A stretch of 64,000 bases of DNA from assembly GCA_965552055.1 (NCBI GenBank), contig CBEVQO010000001.1, positions 416,001 through 480,000 on the forward strand, written 5' to 3'. Position 1 is the first letter of the stretch. Every line of letters begins with the position of its first letter. The translations under genes and the position numbers were made by a program. A model generated the notes under the pieces. It ran no database searches. It was not told the origin of the DNA and worked only from the letters and a program-made list of their open reading frames with translations. Shown piece by piece: positions 9,233 through 20,075 of the stretch. Source of the DNA: an uncultured bacterium (GTDB lineage Bacteria; Hydrothermota; UBA3073; NMUJ01; CBEVQO01).

Positions 9233-11095
9233 ATGATGAAAAAATTCTTCATAAGTTTTTTAGGAATATGCTTTCTGGATATCCTTTTCGCTTTACCCAA
9301 TCGGATTCTCGAAATACCGACCCCATGGTTCGCACCTGTTGAGCCTTACTGGGAAGGTGGATTAAGCACTTCTACCGCAGACCTTTCACTTCATCCTCTT
9401 GATTTAAATTTACATTTCTATTACAAAAGCAGGGAGTATGAAATAGCATTCTCGATGTTCGGATGGACAGATTATGCCATTGACTTCGGATACATCATTA
9501 AAAGGGAAGATAAATATCTTTTACAAATAGGCGTTGATAACATTACTTACAGGAAATACATTACAACGGTTGGTCAGCATGGTTTTTATGACGAACAATA
9601 TGCCCATCGTCAGCCAGAAGTATTCTCTATCTATGCTGTCGGAAGAATACAGTGCGATGAAGCAGGTAAACTCTTTGCATATGTGGGACTCGGCAGAGGT
9701 AAGTTCATTGGTTACGGTCCTTTATCAAAATTTATGAACCTCGACATCCTATTACATTCTTACAATCCTTTAATTATTGGATTATTCCTGGGTGTAAAAT
9801 ATTACTTTGAAGATAGATTTTGTGGCATGATAGAGCTCACCGGTAGAAATGTAAACATTGGTTTGCAATACCTTGGTGAGTATGCGGAAATAAGCTGTGG
9901 ATGGTTGAAGCTCGAGCATCTGCGTTCAATTGGCAAACAAAGCATTTATGAGTATCTCTTCCCCAGGGTCTTCTTCACATTTGGGATACATAAAAAGTTG
10001 CCAATCGCAAAGCCACTCGCTTATAAGGCACCCAAAGAAGAGCTTTACATCTTCGGAAAAATATTAGATGCGAAGACAAAGAAGCCGATAAAGGGGATAA
10101 AACTCGCTGTAATTCCGTCATCTGCATACGGCTCTTTTGAAATCCATGAAAATGGCTCGTATATGCTGATGCTGAGAGCGAAGAAATGTAAAGTAAAAAT
10201 AGAAGCACCTAACTATTTCCCCGTGATAAAAGATGTTGTTTTGAAAACGGGTCTAAAAGAAGTAAACTTTTTCCTCGAAAAAGCAGGTCCTCCTGCTGGT
10301 AAAAGGGTGGTAGGCACGGTTACAGGTAGAATCGTCGATGGCAAAACAGGTAAACCTGTCCCGGGTGTCAGAATATCGATAATACCATCATCAGCTTCTA
10401 AATCTTTCAAAATAAGCCAGGATGGAACTTACACTATCGAGCTGTTAAAACCAAAATGCAAAATAAAGGTCTCTGCTAAAGGTTATAAATCTGTAGCAAA
10501 AATGATTAATCTAACAAAAGGAACATATGTTGTAAACTTCTATTTGCATAGAATTACTCCTTCACCAACAGATTATAACAAAAGATTAAAAATAAAAGTT
10601 TACGATGAAGAATCAAAGAAAAAAGTAAAAGATATAAAAGCAAATATATCAGAGGGGTCAGCAGAAATCCTTACAATCACCGAAGGTGAAATCGATGTAA
10701 TGGCTTATTCCCCTGAATTCAAAATAACAATAATGGCAACAGGTTATGAAACAGTGCAAAGGAAAGTTAAAGAAGAAGAGAAAATTGTTAAAGTTTATTT
10801 GAAAAGGAAAAAAATAAAAAAACTCCCGATACCACAAACAACTCAAAATGTGATAATAACCGGAATCATAAGAGATATAAAAACAGGCAAACCCATATCT
10901 AAAGTTAACTTCGTTACACAGCCAGCTGGCTTAATAAAATCAAAAACCGTATATCCAGATGGAAGATATAGAATCGAACTGAAAAAAGGAGGATGCATCC
11001 TTAAAATAAGTGCCCAGGGATATTTCACAGAAGAAGTAAAAATAACATCCGCAAAAAAAATAATAAAACAAAACTTCTCCCTTAGACCCAGATGA
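9233..11095 (+). CDS. Exported protein: beta-rich N-domain plus about 4 basic carboxypeptidase-regulatory-like repeats
   Basis: Signal peptide; repeats of the form G.I.D.KT.KP....G.Y...L...I..SA.GY. Confidence 0.6.
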   Translation: MMKKFFISFLGICFLDILFALPNRILEIPTPWFAPVEPYWEGGLSTSTADLSLHPLDLNLHFYYKSREYEIAFSMFGWTDYAIDFGYIIKREDKYLLQIGVDNITYRKYITTVGQHGFYDEQYAHRQPEVFSIYAVGRIQCDEAGKLFAYVGLGRGKFIGYGPLSKFMNLDILLHSYNPLIIGLFLGVKYYFEDRFCGMIELTGRNVNIGLQYLGEYAEISCGWLKLEHLRSIGKQSIYEYLFPRVFFTFGIHKKLPIAKPLAYKAPKEELYIFGKILDAKTKKPIKGIKLAVIPSSAYGSFEIHENGSYMLMLRAKKCKVKIEAPNYFPVIKDVVLKTGLKEVNFFLEKAGPPAGKRVVGTVTGRIVDGKTGKPVPGVRISIIPSSASKSFKISQDGTYTIELLKPKCKIKVSAKGYKSVAKMINLTKGTYVVNFYLHRITPSPTDYNKRLKIKVYDEESKKKVKDIKANISEGSAEILTITEGEIDVMAYSPEFKITIMATGYETVQRKVKEEEKIVKVYLKRKKIKKLPIPQTTQNVIITGIIRDIKTGKPISKVNFVTQPAGLIKSKTVYPDGRYRIELKKGGCILKISAQGYFTEEVKITSAKKIIKQNFSLRPR

Positions 11096-14000
11096 AAATA
11101 AAAATAACAATCACAAATATACTCATAAATCTATTTAAAAAATTTCTTTTGCCTATCTCCATCTTTTACCTGTCTCTTCTCGTTTTTGCATCACTTGATA
11201 AAACATTTTACCTGACATCCATTCAAAGGCTTATTTCTTTAATTTTTTCCTCTGTTATCCTAATCTTGCTAATCTGCAAAATAAAAATTGAAAATGTGGT
11301 ATTTTATCTCGAAGAAAAATTCCCATTTAAAGGATTACTATTCTCCGCACTTAAAAAGTACGACGCTAAATATAAATACTCTGAAGAAATGATAAGCGAA
11401 ATAAAATGCAAAGCAAAAGAATTATTGAGGGAAGTAAATTTTTTAAATATTTTTCTGAAAAGAATATGGAAAACATTACCTGTCATAAGTATCGCAATTT
11501 TCTTCTTCTTTACTTATAAAATCAATAACATAATAAGAATTTTAAAGCCATTTTTAAAAGAAGAAAGGATACTTCTTTATCCCGGTGACTTCTATTGCGA
11601 AATAGGTGATAGCGTGGAAATTTATGCAAAGCCCGTTGATTTCTCACCCGATTACATTTATTTACATCTCCCGCATGAAATAGTGAAATTAAAAAAGGAA
11701 AAAAAATACAAAGTCATTGTGGGACCGATAGTCGATAGCCTTGAATATTACGCATATTATAAAGATGTGAAAAGCAAAATTTATAAAATTAGATTAAAGG
11801 TGCCTCCTTATATTACATCATTAAAAATAATACTCGATTTCCCCGATTATACCGGAATAAAAAATTATGTAACCTCAGAGCCAAATATAACGGCACTTAG
11901 AGGCACAAAAGTGAATTTCTATGCAAAATGCAATACTCCCTTAAAACAGGTAAAATTTAAATTCAAAAAAGGAGGACATTTAAAGAATATAAAAATCAAA
12001 GACAATGAATTTACAGCGAATTTTAAGGTAATGCAGAGCGATACATATTTTATTAAATTAATTTCCGTAACAGAACTTGAAAATGTTTTCATGTATCACA
12101 TAAATGTAATAAAGGACGATTCACCAAAAGTTACGATAACTTATCCTGCACATGATAAAAAACTCGATGAAAGTATGCGGGTTTTGATTTCCTTCAAAGC
12201 AGAAGATGATTTTGGCTTGTCAAAAGCTCTCTTCATATCCGACCTTGATACATTTACTTTTTATTTCAAAAGAGAACCTAAAGATACCTTTATAACATTC
12301 TTGTGGGATTTATCACAAAAAAATCTTTTACCGGGGGATAAGGTTTATTATTATGTAAAAGTTTTGGATAATGATGCGGTAATGGGGGAAAAGCCTGGTT
12401 TTTCCCAGAGATACAAAGTTTATTTCCCATCGCTTGCAGAAATGTATAAAGAAGTAGAAGAAGAGGGAGCAAAAGTTGAAGAAACTTTAAAAGAAATTCA
12501 AAACCTGATAGAAAGTGCTGAGAAATCGACGAAAGGCGATGTAAGCGAAGCTTTATCAAAAGCTAAAAAACTGTTGAAAGAGCTGGAGAAAGCAACAAAA
12601 GAATACAACGAACTCACTGAAGAAATGGAAAAAAATCCTTTTATAGACGAAGAATTAGCAAGACAAATAAAAGAACTTCAGGATTTGATGGAAGAATTGA
12701 TGACAGAAGAAATGCGACAGGCTCTGCAAAGATTAACAGAAGCATTGAAAAAGCATCCAAGAAAATTGGCAGAAGCCTTAAGAAATTTGAATTTATCCTA
12801 TGAAAATCTTAAAAAATCGATAAAAAGGACATTACATCTCTTAAAGCTTTATAAAAAGGAATTAAAGTTGAAAAGGTTTGCGGAAAAAGCAAAAGAACTT
12901 GCAGAAGCGCAAAAAAGTTTAACGCAAAGGATGCGAAAAGAAAATCCACAGGATTTGAAAAAATTGCAAAGCGGGATTTTACAAAAAATGAAGGATTTGA
13001 AAAGCGAAATCGATAAACTCGAAGGATTTGAAGAAGAGAAAAAATTATCTGCGCAAATTTTAAAAGATATGGAGAGACTCGAAAAAATGATGGGCGAAGG
13101 TAAAGCATCTCCAAAATTATCACGAAAGATAGCAAATGACCTCGAAAAGCTCTCTGAAAGATTTAATGTAGCGTTTAAGAATTTTTTAGCAAAGACAAAA
13201 GAACCTATCTTTAAGGATTTTAAAGATTTACTTCAGTATTTACTTTTTGTATCCTTTGAGATTGATAGTATCGGGATGGATTTAGAATCAGCATATAGAT
13301 TGCAGGCATTAATTGATGGTATGAAACTTGTGAAAATAAGAGTAGATGCAATATTGATGGAGACACCTTTTATTCGGGGAAAATTCGAAGAAAACATTAA
13401 AAATGCAATAAATGCAATGGAGAATATGAAAAGAGCTATAGAAGAGCAAAAAGAATGGCAGTTTAAATTTGAGAAAAAAAGGTCGAAGTCAGAAATTGTT
13501 AAATCGATAAAGAAAATTTTAGATGAGTTAAACAGATTACAGACGCAATCTTTTGCATCGATGATGCAGAGTTTATTTGACAAATTGTCGCAGATGATAA
13601 AAAATCAGGAAGATTTGATGAAAATGGCACAAAGTATACTGCCGTTACCGCTCTCTAACCCTCTCACACAGCAACAACTGCAATCACTCATTCAAAAACA
13701 AATGGAACTGGCACAGAGTTTGAAGAAACTTGCACAGGAAATTAAAGAAAAAGGAGGAAGTAATCTTGGAGATGAGCTTGGCGAAATCGCAGAGGAAATG
13801 GAAAAACTTGCAGACGATATGAAAAAAGGATTAACAGAGGATATAATAAAAAGACAAAAAAGACTACTCGATAAAATGCTTGAAGCAAGGAAATCGGTTT
13901 ATAAGAAGAAAATAACGAGGAAAAGATATTCAGAGCCGGGTAAAGATTTTACAGATTTAAAGAGTCCACCCGTGCCGAAGCTCATCACGAAAAGAGGTGT

Positions 14001-14097
14001 TGACCAGGAAAAAGTAATAGCAGAAAGTAAGAAAAAAATACCAAAATATCTTGAGAAAGCCCGGAAGGAATATTTTGAGGAGATTTTAACACAATGA
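11092..14097 (+). CDS. Large membrane-anchored Ig-like/coiled-coil protein (DUF4175-like)
   Basis: N-terminal TMs, PDYTG, D..P.V.I..P, AEDDFGL, Y.V...DND, long Q/E/K coiled coil. Confidence 0.65.
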   Translation: MKIKITITNILINLFKKFLLPISIFYLSLLVFASLDKTFYLTSIQRLISLIFSSVILILLICKIKIENVVFYLEEKFPFKGLLFSALKKYDAKYKYSEEMISEIKCKAKELLREVNFLNIFLKRIWKTLPVISIAIFFFFTYKINNIIRILKPFLKEERILLYPGDFYCEIGDSVEIYAKPVDFSPDYIYLHLPHEIVKLKKEKKYKVIVGPIVDSLEYYAYYKDVKSKIYKIRLKVPPYITSLKIILDFPDYTGIKNYVTSEPNITALRGTKVNFYAKCNTPLKQVKFKFKKGGHLKNIKIKDNEFTANFKVMQSDTYFIKLISVTELENVFMYHINVIKDDSPKVTITYPAHDKKLDESMRVLISFKAEDDFGLSKALFISDLDTFTFYFKREPKDTFITFLWDLSQKNLLPGDKVYYYVKVLDNDAVMGEKPGFSQRYKVYFPSLAEMYKEVEEEGAKVEETLKEIQNLIESAEKSTKGDVSEALSKAKKLLKELEKATKEYNELTEEMEKNPFIDEELARQIKELQDLMEELMTEEMRQALQRLTEALKKHPRKLAEALRNLNLSYENLKKSIKRTLHLLKLYKKELKLKRFAEKAKELAEAQKSLTQRMRKENPQDLKKLQSGILQKMKDLKSEIDKLEGFEEEKKLSAQILKDMERLEKMMGEGKASPKLSRKIANDLEKLSERFNVAFKNFLAKTKEPIFKDFKDLLQYLLFVSFEIDSIGMDLESAYRLQALIDGMKLVKIRVDAILMETPFIRGKFEENIKNAINAMENMKRAIEEQKEWQFKFEKKRSKSEIVKSIKKILDELNRLQTQSFASMMQSLFDKLSQMIKNQEDLMKMAQSILPLPLSNPLTQQQLQSLIQKQMELAQSLKKLAQEIKEKGGSNLGDELGEIAEEMEKLADDMKKGLTEDIIKRQKRLLDKMLEARKSVYKKKITRKRYSEPGKDFTDLKSPPVPKLITKRGVDQEKVIAESKKKIPKYLEKARKEYFEEILTQ

Positions 14098-14975
14098 ATT
14101 TGCTTGATTTAAACTTGCTTTCAAAAATTAAGTCACTCGAATTGAAAGCAAAACATGTTATTGAGGGCTTTTTAGCGGGTTTACACAAGAGTCCTTTTCA
14201 TGGTTTTTCAGTAGAGTTTGCAGAGCACAGACAATACATGCCCGGAGACGAAATAAAGAGGATTGACTGGAGAGTTTATGCAAGGACGGACAGGTTTTAC
14301 ACAAAACTTTATGAAGAAGAGACAAATATGAATGTCTTTATTCTGGTGGATAAAAGCAAATCCATGGATTATGGATTAAAAGGTTTGAAGAAATACGAAT
14401 ATGCATCAATACTTGCCGTTTGTATTTCTTACATTTTGATAAATCAAAGGGATAAAATTTCTGTTTTCACATTTTCGGAAGATATTTCAAAGTTTTTACC
14501 GCCTTCTTCTAACTTTTCTCATCTCAAGGCAATAATTAATTTACTCGAAGAAGAGAAGCCCGATGGAGGTACAGATATATCAAAGGCGATAAAAAATCTC
14601 ACAGGATATGTGAAAAGAAAAAGTATGATAATTTTAATATCGGATTTACTTACAGAACAAAAAGCCGTATTGCACTTTATAAAGGGGCTTGCGGTGCAAA
14701 AACACGATGTGCTTGTGCTCCATATACTTGACCCTTCTGAGACGGATTTTCCTTTCAAAGAAGAGATGGTCTTCAAAGATATGGAAAATCTATCGGAAAT
14801 AATGATATCCCCTTATATACATGATTCTTATAAAAAGGTTGTGCACAATTTCATAGAAAAATATAGGGATGAATTTTTGAAGTCGGGCATTGATTATAAT
14901 TTGATAAAGACAGATGAAAAATTTGATAAAGCTTTAATCTATTGTCTGAGAAAAAGGTCAGAAATTTCCATTTAG
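14094..14975 (+). CDS. DUF58 (vWA-like, MoxR-associated) protein
   Basis: GLHKSPFHGFSVEFAEHRQY.PGD, IDWRVYAR, DKSKSM. Confidence 0.9.
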   Translation: MNLLDLNLLSKIKSLELKAKHVIEGFLAGLHKSPFHGFSVEFAEHRQYMPGDEIKRIDWRVYARTDRFYTKLYEEETNMNVFILVDKSKSMDYGLKGLKKYEYASILAVCISYILINQRDKISVFTFSEDISKFLPPSSNFSHLKAIINLLEEEKPDGGTDISKAIKNLTGYVKRKSMIILISDLLTEQKAVLHFIKGLAVQKHDVLVLHILDPSETDFPFKEEMVFKDMENLSEIMISPYIHDSYKKVVHNFIEKYRDEFLKSGIDYNLIKTDEKFDKALIYCLRKRSEISI

Positions 14976-15397
14976 CTTATCAGCTTTGCAAAAGTGTCAA
15001 TCATATTTTTTGCGTGTTTAAAACCAGACTTTATGGCGTTGACCTCAATACCTCCTCTATAATAACCGTAGAGATGAAGAATATCGTAAACGGCGTAAAA
15101 CTGTACTTTTAATTTGCCGTTGCGAGGTATTTTTGATAGCCATTCCATATAACTGTTGAAATCCTTAGGTAACTCGTCTGGATTTTTACCTTTCTTTAAG
15201 ATAAAAGAGTCGATAGCGAATAGCACGGCAAGATACCCAATAGCACATGCTTCTCTTACAGGTTTACTATCGGAATAAATAATTCCATATTCAATCGGTG
15301 TTTCTTTCAAAATTTCTTTAGCATTTTTGTAATACCTTTTTGCTTCCTTTATCGCTTCTTCGGGGGTTTTTGGTATTTTTCTTTTTTCTATCCTCAT
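14972..15397 (-). CDS. DUF5618-like small helical protein (HEPN-like)
   Basis: EAKRYYKNAKEIL, VREAC..GYLAVL.AID, YDILHLYGYY. Confidence 0.6.
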   Translation of the reverse strand: MRIEKRKIPKTPEEAIKEAKRYYKNAKEILKETPIEYGIIYSDSKPVREACAIGYLAVLFAIDSFILKKGKNPDELPKDFNSYMEWLSKIPRNGKLKVQFYAVYDILHLYGYYRGGIEVNAIKSGFKHAKNMIDTFAKLIS

Positions 15398-17217
15398 TCT
15401 ACCGTTACACTTTTTGCAAGATTTCTTGGTTTATCAACATCCAGTCCTCTCATTCTTGCTATGTGATATGCGAGAAGCTGCAATGGTAATGCGACCAGCA
15501 TGGGTGATAAATCTTCGTGACATTCTGGGATGTAAAACACATCTTCTGCGAGCTTCGATGCCTCTTTATCTCCCTCTGTTAAAATTGCAATTATTCTACC
15601 TTTCCTTGCTTTAACTTCTTCCATATTCGATAGCATTTTGTGATAGACAGATGTCTTTGGATTTACGCATACTACTGGCATATTTTCATCAATGAGAGCA
15701 ATGGGTCCGTGTTTCATTTCACCTGCTGCATATCCCGTTGCATGAATATAAGATATTTCCTTCAACTTTAAAGCACCTTCAAGTGCAGAAGGATAATTCA
15801 CACCTCTACCAAGGAAAATGAAATTTGGCGATTTATAATATTTCTTCGCTATCTCAATAATTTCATCTTCTTTCTCAAGAATTCTTTCCATCTTATCAGG
15901 AATCTGTCTCAATTCATCGACCAGCATTTTTATAGTTTCTTTATTTACTTTTCTTTTAATTTTTCCGAGATACAATGCAAAAGTTATAAGTGCGAACAAC
16001 TGTGCTGTGTAAGCTTTTGTTGATGCCACGCCTATTTCGGGTCCTGCTTTTATAAAAATTACGGCATCGGATTCGCGAGCAATTGAACTCGTCTCAACAT
16101 TTACTATCGATAAAACTTTCATAAATTTGCTTTTCGCTTCTCTTAAAGCTGCAAGGGTATCCGCTGTCTCACCTGATTGACTAATTGCCATAACTATTGA
16201 AGAGCCATCAAGAACAGGCTCCCTGTATCTAAATTCAGACGATATATCAATTTCTGTATGTATTCTGCAATACTTTTCGATTAAATATTTCCCAACATAA
16301 CCGGCATGCCACGAAGTACCACATGCCTGAATGAATATCTTCTGAATACGGGGTAATAATTGTCTTATCCCCTTTAAATCAAAAGGAACAATATCGCTGT
16401 TTTTTAACCTTAATTCAATATTTTTTCTTATTACAGAGGGTTGCTCGTAAATTTCCTTTATCATAAATGTTGGATAACCTCCTTTATCTATCTCTATTTC
16501 TTCCTTCTCGATAGGTATTGCTTTTTTCTGTATTTCTTTACCTTCTTTATTATACACCTTTACACTATCTTTTGTTACGATTGCGAATTCGTCATTTTCC
16601 AATATTATCATTTTATGTGCTATTCCTGTTAAAGCCGGGATGTCTGATGCAACGATATTTTCTCCATCTCCTATTCCTATTATCAATGGTGAATCTTTTC
16701 TTGCGCAAACTATTTTATCGGGCTCTTTAACGGATATTACACAAATAGCATAAGCACCTACAAGGCGCTCTGCTGCTTTCATAACAGCTTTCAACAGGTC
16801 ACCTTCGTAATATTCCTCGATTAAGTGCGCGATTACTTCTGTATCGCCTGTTGTCCTCCATATGTGTCCCTTTGCTATGAGTTCTTCGCGCAGTAGAAGG
16901 AAGTTTTCAATTATTCCATTGTGCACAACTGCGATTTCGTTATTGCAGTCAATTATTGGATGGGCATTTTCGACAGATACCTCACCGTGAGTAGCCCACC
17001 TTGTGTGCCCTATCCCGATGTTACCACCTACAGGTTCTTTATCAAGCAAATCTGCAAGTTTTTTGAGACGACCAACTACTTTGCGAGTGAATAATTCACC
17101 TTTTTCTATAACAGCGATACCAGCGGAGTCATACCCCCTGTATTCAAGGCGCCACAAACCCGATAAGAGCACAGAACTGACATCCCTATCGCCAACATAC
17201 CCAACTATCCCACACAT
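15394..17217 (-). CDS. glmS: Glutamine--fructose-6-phosphate aminotransferase
   Basis: MCGIVG, GHTRWATHG, SQSGETADT, PRNLAKSVTVE. Confidence 0.97.
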   Translation of the reverse strand: MCGIVGYVGDRDVSSVLLSGLWRLEYRGYDSAGIAVIEKGELFTRKVVGRLKKLADLLDKEPVGGNIGIGHTRWATHGEVSVENAHPIIDCNNEIAVVHNGIIENFLLLREELIAKGHIWRTTGDTEVIAHLIEEYYEGDLLKAVMKAAERLVGAYAICVISVKEPDKIVCARKDSPLIIGIGDGENIVASDIPALTGIAHKMIILENDEFAIVTKDSVKVYNKEGKEIQKKAIPIEKEEIEIDKGGYPTFMIKEIYEQPSVIRKNIELRLKNSDIVPFDLKGIRQLLPRIQKIFIQACGTSWHAGYVGKYLIEKYCRIHTEIDISSEFRYREPVLDGSSIVMAISQSGETADTLAALREAKSKFMKVLSIVNVETSSIARESDAVIFIKAGPEIGVASTKAYTAQLFALITFALYLGKIKRKVNKETIKMLVDELRQIPDKMERILEKEDEIIEIAKKYYKSPNFIFLGRGVNYPSALEGALKLKEISYIHATGYAAGEMKHGPIALIDENMPVVCVNPKTSVYHKMLSNMEEVKARKGRIIAILTEGDKEASKLAEDVFYIPECHEDLSPMLVALPLQLLAYHIARMRGLDVDKPRNLAKSVTVE

Positions 17218-17588
17218 AGTCCCCCCAATTCAAAAATATCCACAGGAATTAATTTTTTGTTAACGGGGTCAACAGCAAGCCCCATAGCTTCAAGTGAGAT
17301 AGAACCAAGCACAGGTATGCCTTCTGGAAGACAAATTGTAACAGGGCTCACAGTCCTTTTGCCTCTTACTTCAAGAGCAACATAAGTCCACTTCTTTTTG
17401 ACTTTTCTTCCATCACTCAATTTAACTTCGATTTCTCCCAATATCGGCAAATTGCAACTCTGCACAACATCTTCGGGAATTGATGTTAAATGAGAACCTG
17501 TATCAACAATCATCTCTATTTCTTCCAAAAATTCAAACTCTCCATTTTTAACTATCCCAATTTTAACTTTTTCTTTAAATACACTCAT
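17205..17588 (-). CDS. Clan AA (retropepsin-like) aspartic protease
   Basis: IVDTGS, VLG...LE.MGL.VDP. Confidence 0.8.
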   Translation of the reverse strand: MSVFKEKVKIGIVKNGEFEFLEEIEMIVDTGSHLTSIPEDVVQSCNLPILGEIEVKLSDGRKVKKKWTYVALEVRGKRTVSPVTICLPEGIPVLGSISLEAMGLAVDPVNKKLIPVDIFELGGLCVG

Positions 17589-18892
17589 CTGAATTTTTTA
17601 ATAATATCTTCAATTATTTCCTTTGTCAAGTTTAAGTTACTGGTTTCACAGATTATCCTAACTACCGGTTCTGTATTTGATTTTCTTACATGCAAAAAGC
17701 CCTCTTCAAAACCCAGCCATAATCCATCTTCCAGATTAATATCTGCATCAGGAAAATCTTCCAGTATTTCATCTACAGGTATTTCCTTATCCCATCTTAT
17801 TTTTTCCTTCATCATATAATATTTCGGAAGTTCATCAACGATTTCCGATAATTTTCTATCTTCTTTCGTCAGCAAATCAAGTATAAGAGCCACTCCTGTT
17901 AAGGAATCCCTTGTAAAATTTATTTCGGGATAAATAACACCTCCATTTCCCTCACCACCATATTTTGCACCTACCTCGAGCATCCTTGATACCACATTTG
18001 CTTCGCCTACTGCAGTCCTGTAAACTTTTGCCCCGATTTTATCCGCAATAACTTCAATCAATCTGCTCGTTGATAAATTTGTCACAATTTTATCTCCTTC
18101 TTTTATAACATTTAAACCGCAAAGAGGAAAGGTATATTCTTCGCCGATTGCCCTTCCTTTATCATCAACTATCGATAACCTATCGCCATCGGGGTCTGTT
18201 GCAAAGCCCACATCTAACTTTTTATTCTTTACAATTTCGCACAAATCCTTGAGAGCAGAGGGAACAGGTTCGGGAGACCTTGTAAATTCACCCGTCAATT
18301 CACAGTTTATAGAATAAATTTCACAATTCAATTTTTCCAGTAAATATTTTAACGCATACGAAGTTGCACCATTACAGCAATCAATTCCTACTTTGAACCC
18401 CTTCTCTTTAATCCTTTCTACATCTATTTTTTCAAAAATTTTGTTAATATGTCTTTCAATTGCTTTCCCATCCTTTTCTTCTTTCCCTTTACCTTCTTTA
18501 TAATTTTTGCTTTCATAGATTTTGTAAAATTCATCGATTTCTTTTTTTGACAAAAATAATCCTTTTTCTGATACGAATTTAAATCCGTTCCATTCTTCAG
18601 GGTTATGGCTTGCTGTGACAACGACACCTCCTGCCAGCTTCAATTCTCTTACATTTAAAAGCAGAGTGGGAGTAGGTGCGATATCAAAGTCAACAACATC
18701 ACATCCCGCGGATAACAACCCTTCTTTAAGTTTTTGTAGCAAAATTTTGCCAGATCTACGGGTATCACGGCAGACACCGATTTTGCCATGCTTATAGGTG
18801 CTAAAAGCTTTTCCAAGCGTAAAAGATAAACTCTCATCAAAATCTTTTCCATAAATTCCCCTTACACCCGATATAGTAAAAAATAAAGCCAT
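17585..18892 (-). CDS. glmM: Phosphoglucosamine mutase / phosphohexomutase
   Basis: TASHNP, DPDGDR, GEGNGG, RKSNTEP; upstream of glmS. Confidence 0.85.
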   Translation of the reverse strand: MALFFTISGVRGIYGKDFDESLSFTLGKAFSTYKHGKIGVCRDTRRSGKILLQKLKEGLLSAGCDVVDFDIAPTPTLLLNVRELKLAGGVVVTASHNPEEWNGFKFVSEKGLFLSKKEIDEFYKIYESKNYKEGKGKEEKDGKAIERHINKIFEKIDVERIKEKGFKVGIDCCNGATSYALKYLLEKLNCEIYSINCELTGEFTRSPEPVPSALKDLCEIVKNKKLDVGFATDPDGDRLSIVDDKGRAIGEEYTFPLCGLNVIKEGDKIVTNLSTSRLIEVIADKIGAKVYRTAVGEANVVSRMLEVGAKYGGEGNGGVIYPEINFTRDSLTGVALILDLLTKEDRKLSEIVDELPKYYMMKEKIRWDKEIPVDEILEDFPDADINLEDGLWLGFEEGFLHVRKSNTEPVVRIICETSNLNLTKEIIEDIIKKFR

Positions 18893-18900
18893 CCAATAAT

Positions 18901-20034
18901 TTATTTATAAACTTCAAGATGTTTCTTTGCTACATTATCCCATGATGTCATTAAACCATATTCTTTTGTTTTTTCTTTTATTTCTCTGTAAAATTTTTCA
19001 TCTTCTACGAGTCTCAGAATTAATCTACAGAGTGCTTTTTTATCTTCTGGTAAAATAAGCAATTCTGGTGATACATTTGCCAGTTCTTCGAATTTTGGTA
19101 TTCTTGAAGCGATAACGGGCTTGCCTGCTCCCATAGCAAGATGGAAAGCACCCGAAGCCGACCTGTAATCTTCATAATAGGGGAAAAGAACAAGGTCGGA
19201 TGCCCCAAAGATATAAGGAACATCTTCATTTGGTAAAAATCTGTTCGGGAAAATAACATTTTCCTCAAGTCCCAGATCTTTTATTAAATTTTCGCACATC
19301 TTGACATAAGGATGTTCCTCGGGTTTCCTTGGATATGCACCGCCTGCTATGAAAAGATAAACATCTTTTTTCTTTTCTACAATCTCTTTCATGGCTTCAA
19401 TCACTATGTGGATTTTTTTATGCGGTCTTACAAATCCAAATAATAAAATTATAAATCCTTTTTCTGGCAGATTTAGATGTTTACGGGAAACTATCGTGTC
19501 AACATCCTGTATCTCTGAACCATGTGGTATCACCACCAGTTTTTCGGAAGGCACTCCTTCTCTTTCCAGAATTTTTTTGCATTCATCAAGATGCAATATA
19601 ACTTTTGTAGCGGGAGATAAAAATTTGCGATTGAATTCTTCCATATCCATTTCAACACCGTAATCCCTTCCGTAATCGCATGTTACATTTGTGTGAACAC
19701 AGTGCATCGTTATAATAAGCTTTGCCTTTTTTGATAATTCTTCTGTGAGATGTGGTAATCTTTCATCAAATCTCCAGATACTATATTCATGTTGCATGTG
19801 TATAACATCAACTTCCTCAAGGTTTTCGAGAATCTGTGATACATAATCTTCTTTTCTGCTCCAGCAGGGATTTACTTTGAGCCGGTCTTCTTCAACTTTC
19901 TCTGCTTCTTTTTCAGCCAGTATCAATACCTTTATATCTTTATCAACTCTTTTCAATCCGTGTATCAAATAATCCGTGTATGTAGCTATACCGCACTGCT
20001 GTGGTAAATAGGTTGATAAGATGCAAATCCTCAT
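18901..20034 (-). CDS. GT4 glycosyltransferase
   Basis: STYLPQQCGIATYT, MQHEY, FGFVRPHK, SASG..GKPVIAS. Confidence 0.85.
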   Translation of the reverse strand: MRICILSTYLPQQCGIATYTDYLIHGLKRVDKDIKVLILAEKEAEKVEEDRLKVNPCWSRKEDYVSQILENLEEVDVIHMQHEYSIWRFDERLPHLTEELSKKAKLIITMHCVHTNVTCDYGRDYGVEMDMEEFNRKFLSPATKVILHLDECKKILEREGVPSEKLVVIPHGSEIQDVDTIVSRKHLNLPEKGFIILLFGFVRPHKKIHIVIEAMKEIVEKKKDVYLFIAGGAYPRKPEEHPYVKMCENLIKDLGLEENVIFPNRFLPNEDVPYIFGASDLVLFPYYEDYRSASGAFHLAMGAGKPVIASRIPKFEELANVSPELLILPEDKKALCRLILRLVEDEKFYREIKEKTKEYGLMTSWDNVAKKHLEVYK

Positions 20035-20048
20035 AATCCCCCTTTTAT

Positions 20049-20075
20049 ATTTTGCAGAAATAATAAATTTGTCAA
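20049..20075 (-). promoter_or_regulatory. Promoter TTGACA-N15-CAAAAT followed by an SD
   Basis: -35 perfect, -10 imperfect; AAGGGGG SD before ATG 20034. Confidence 0.5.

Noticed and set aside
17205..17300. glmS ribozyme upstream of glmS
   Set aside because: The glmS start overlaps the aspartic protease CDS; there is no leader
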